Under the pieces are notes generated by a model. The model saw nothing but the letters and a program-made list of their open reading frames with translations. It had not been told where the DNA came from and searched no databases. DNA of 64,000 nucleotides from Eutreptiella sp. 'Long Island Sound 2002' (Eukaryota; Protista; Euglenida), in contig OZ038378.1 of the NCBI GenBank assembly GCA_964036045.1, forward strand, positions 30,442,001 through 30,506,000, in the 5' to 3' direction. Each line of letters opens with the position of its first letter. Position 1 is the first letter of the stretch. Positions 62,103 to 64,000 of the stretch are shown here, in pieces. The position numbers were made by a program, and so were the translations under genes.

Positions 62103-62684
62103 ACTGGACACCAGTGCTGCAAATAGTATGGGGCAGGAGGGGATGTGGGTCTTCCCAGCCAGAGCCCCTCCCCCAGCAGTTTCCCAGCAGTTTCCACTGC
62201 TTGCCCTTGCCTTTCTTTGGGGGGGTGGGGCGGGGGCCCATTGAAAAACAAGAAAAGCAAACGATCCCCTTCATGCGCCTACCTATGAAGCGGTTTCAGA
62301 GGCTCCTGGTTCATGGCTCTGTTAAATGTGGGTCAGCCTCCATTGAGGCTCTGTCCACATTTGAAAACATATTCATATGTAGAACATGTGTGTACTTTCT
62401 GTTTATACAAAATTCACCAACTGTTGCAGACTGTGCCTATCTGCTTTGCTACCTTTACCTGCTTGGGGCCATGATCTGATTCAAAGGCTCTACCTGGGGG
62501 GCCCTGACGTCAGGTTTTGAAATAACCAGCATGATCCTGACCTCATGCCAGACTCACTCAGTTCAATTCATCACAATGTTCTGCAACCACAAATTGCAGG
62601 CCCATGAAGATCCCCACTGATCTGCCGGTAAGGTGCCCCATACTGTTCCCCGAGAAAAATGGGAACTAGGAAAAAGGGGGGGGG

Positions 62685-62730
62685 ATGGGGCAAAATGGGG
62701 CAAAATGGGGCAAAATGGGGCAAAATGGGG
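62685..62730. repeat. (ATGGGGCAAA)4 minisatellite
   Basis: Four exact 10-bp units. Confidence 0.95.
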
Positions 62731-63608
62731 GTAATGGGGGGACACAAGGGAAATTGGGGGGAACTGGGGCAACAATGGAGCAACAATAGAGGGAGATTCC
62801 TTTGCCTGTTTGTCCATATCTCCCCCAAGTTTCCTGTGATTTTGAGCAGTGTAGCTGGTTTTATGGCTGATTTACTGTCCAAAAGCAGCCATTTTCAGCC
62901 TATTTTCAGGGTGATCATGCTGAAATTCAGGCTGATCGCCAGTGTGTCAAGCAGACGTCTCCAATGAGGGCCGTTCTTCTTCAATAATGATTGTATCATC
63001 AAATGATTGCAAATGGATAATCAATATCTCTCACCCCATGGTGCCATCATGCCATGTCGTGGTCAATTGTGAGGTGAAAACGAGTGCTTTTTTAACCAGG
63101 TTCAAGAGACCCACCAGGACCCAGCTTGGTCCTCGTGGTAAGTCTTGATTGATCGGTTTTGAGATTTGTTCTCTCAAAAGTCATCCCAATAATGTATGCT
63201 ATGTGCATGTTGTAGAGGGAGGCGGCCTGTTCGAATCTTGACACCCAACCCTGTGCGAAAACTTTTCAGGGTCTGGAGGGGGGGTAGATGGGTCGGCTGG
63301 TCAGCCACCGTGGGGCCGGGCCATGAGCAACGGATACTGAGCTCGCATAAACCCCCGTGACACAGGCATATGGTCATAGCCAACATTCTCAGTTCATTGT
63401 TTTGCCTTGCTGCACTGCATGCACTGCAACACAAACTAGACCACCCCTGAATGTTGCCTTGAGGTCACCGTGCAAGGCGGTTATCAAATGTTTCATGGGT
63501 CGCCTAGTTCAGCTCTTCCCCCTCCCACGGGTGCCGGTTAGCCATAAACCCTGCATCCGAGAGCTCACTCTCTTCCTTAATTCACACAAAAACAAGAGCA
63601 ACGGCCCC

Positions 63609-63684
63609 GTGGTAGGCCGGCCTGGGCTCGAACCCATGATCTGTGGCATGTGTGCGTAGTGTACTTCCGGTATGCTACATCGCC
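63609..63684 (-). pseudogene. tRNA-derived sequence (tRNA pseudogene or SINE head)
   Basis: GGCGATGTAGCATACCGG (A-box-like) ..GGGTTCGAGCCC (B-box/T-loop) ..ACCA, 76 nt. The acceptor and T stems pair poorly. Confidence 0.45.
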
Positions 63685-64000
63685 GTCACCAGTGTAACCG
63701 TTGTCTGAACCACCCGCTCCCAGCCCACAACCACATGCCCCCACTGAATTCACTCCTTGCACCACTCGCTTTAACTGTTTTGCACGGGTAGGTACCTGGC
63801 CAAACCAAACCCTGTAACAAGCATGCACATTCCCTTTGTGCTCCACCTGCAGTGCCAGGTCCAGTAAATACACCTTTAGCACCCTAAGGTGTAGCCTCTG
63901 CTCAGTCTCTGGCTGTCGCAGCGTGATCCGCACATAACTGGCAGCTCGCGACTCGAGTGCCAATGGGACGAGATCCACGATAAAACCCACCAAAACGACA

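Noticed and set aside
62103-62111. GTG start at 62111 from the ORF track
   Set aside because: An in-frame ATG at 62102 (two more follow) is the more plausible eukaryotic start.

Overview
Eukaryotic, repeat-saturated DNA; I cannot determine the organism (protist-like, possibly euglenid, which is only a guess). One host gene is recognisable: a minus-strand BRSK/SNF1-family Ser/Thr kinase. Exon 1 (62102-61776) joins exon 2 (13644-13402) in frame across a 48,131-bp GT-AG intron, and the remaining exons were not identified. The intron holds a nested stack of insertions that can be rebuilt from junction sequences. (1) An APE-RT-RNase H LINE is split at a CTAG site (22903-22906 / 54037-54040) by (2) a TIR element with a ~1.3-kb body. 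That element carries (3) a ~30-kb element (about 18 kb once later insertions are removed) with ~1.2-kb inverted arms, an inner inverted-repeat pair, several satellites, a degenerate RAG1/Transib-like DDE transposase, a two-RRM reading frame and other unknown ORFs. Into (3) went (4) a second, apparently full-length 9.4-kb LINE with a 10-bp TSD and (CTC)6 tail, and (5) a 2.5-kb hAT-like element with perfect 21-bp TIRs and an 8-bp TSD. Both LINEs appear to carry a Ulp1/SENP-like protease module downstream of RNase H, an unusual layout. The first 13 kb contains satellites, retroelement relics (including a Penelope-like RT fragment), a MITE and a pseudo-ORF. All domain calls are by-eye motif recognition, with no database search. 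Boundaries are exact only where TSD, TIR or splice sequences are quoted; the rest are approximate.
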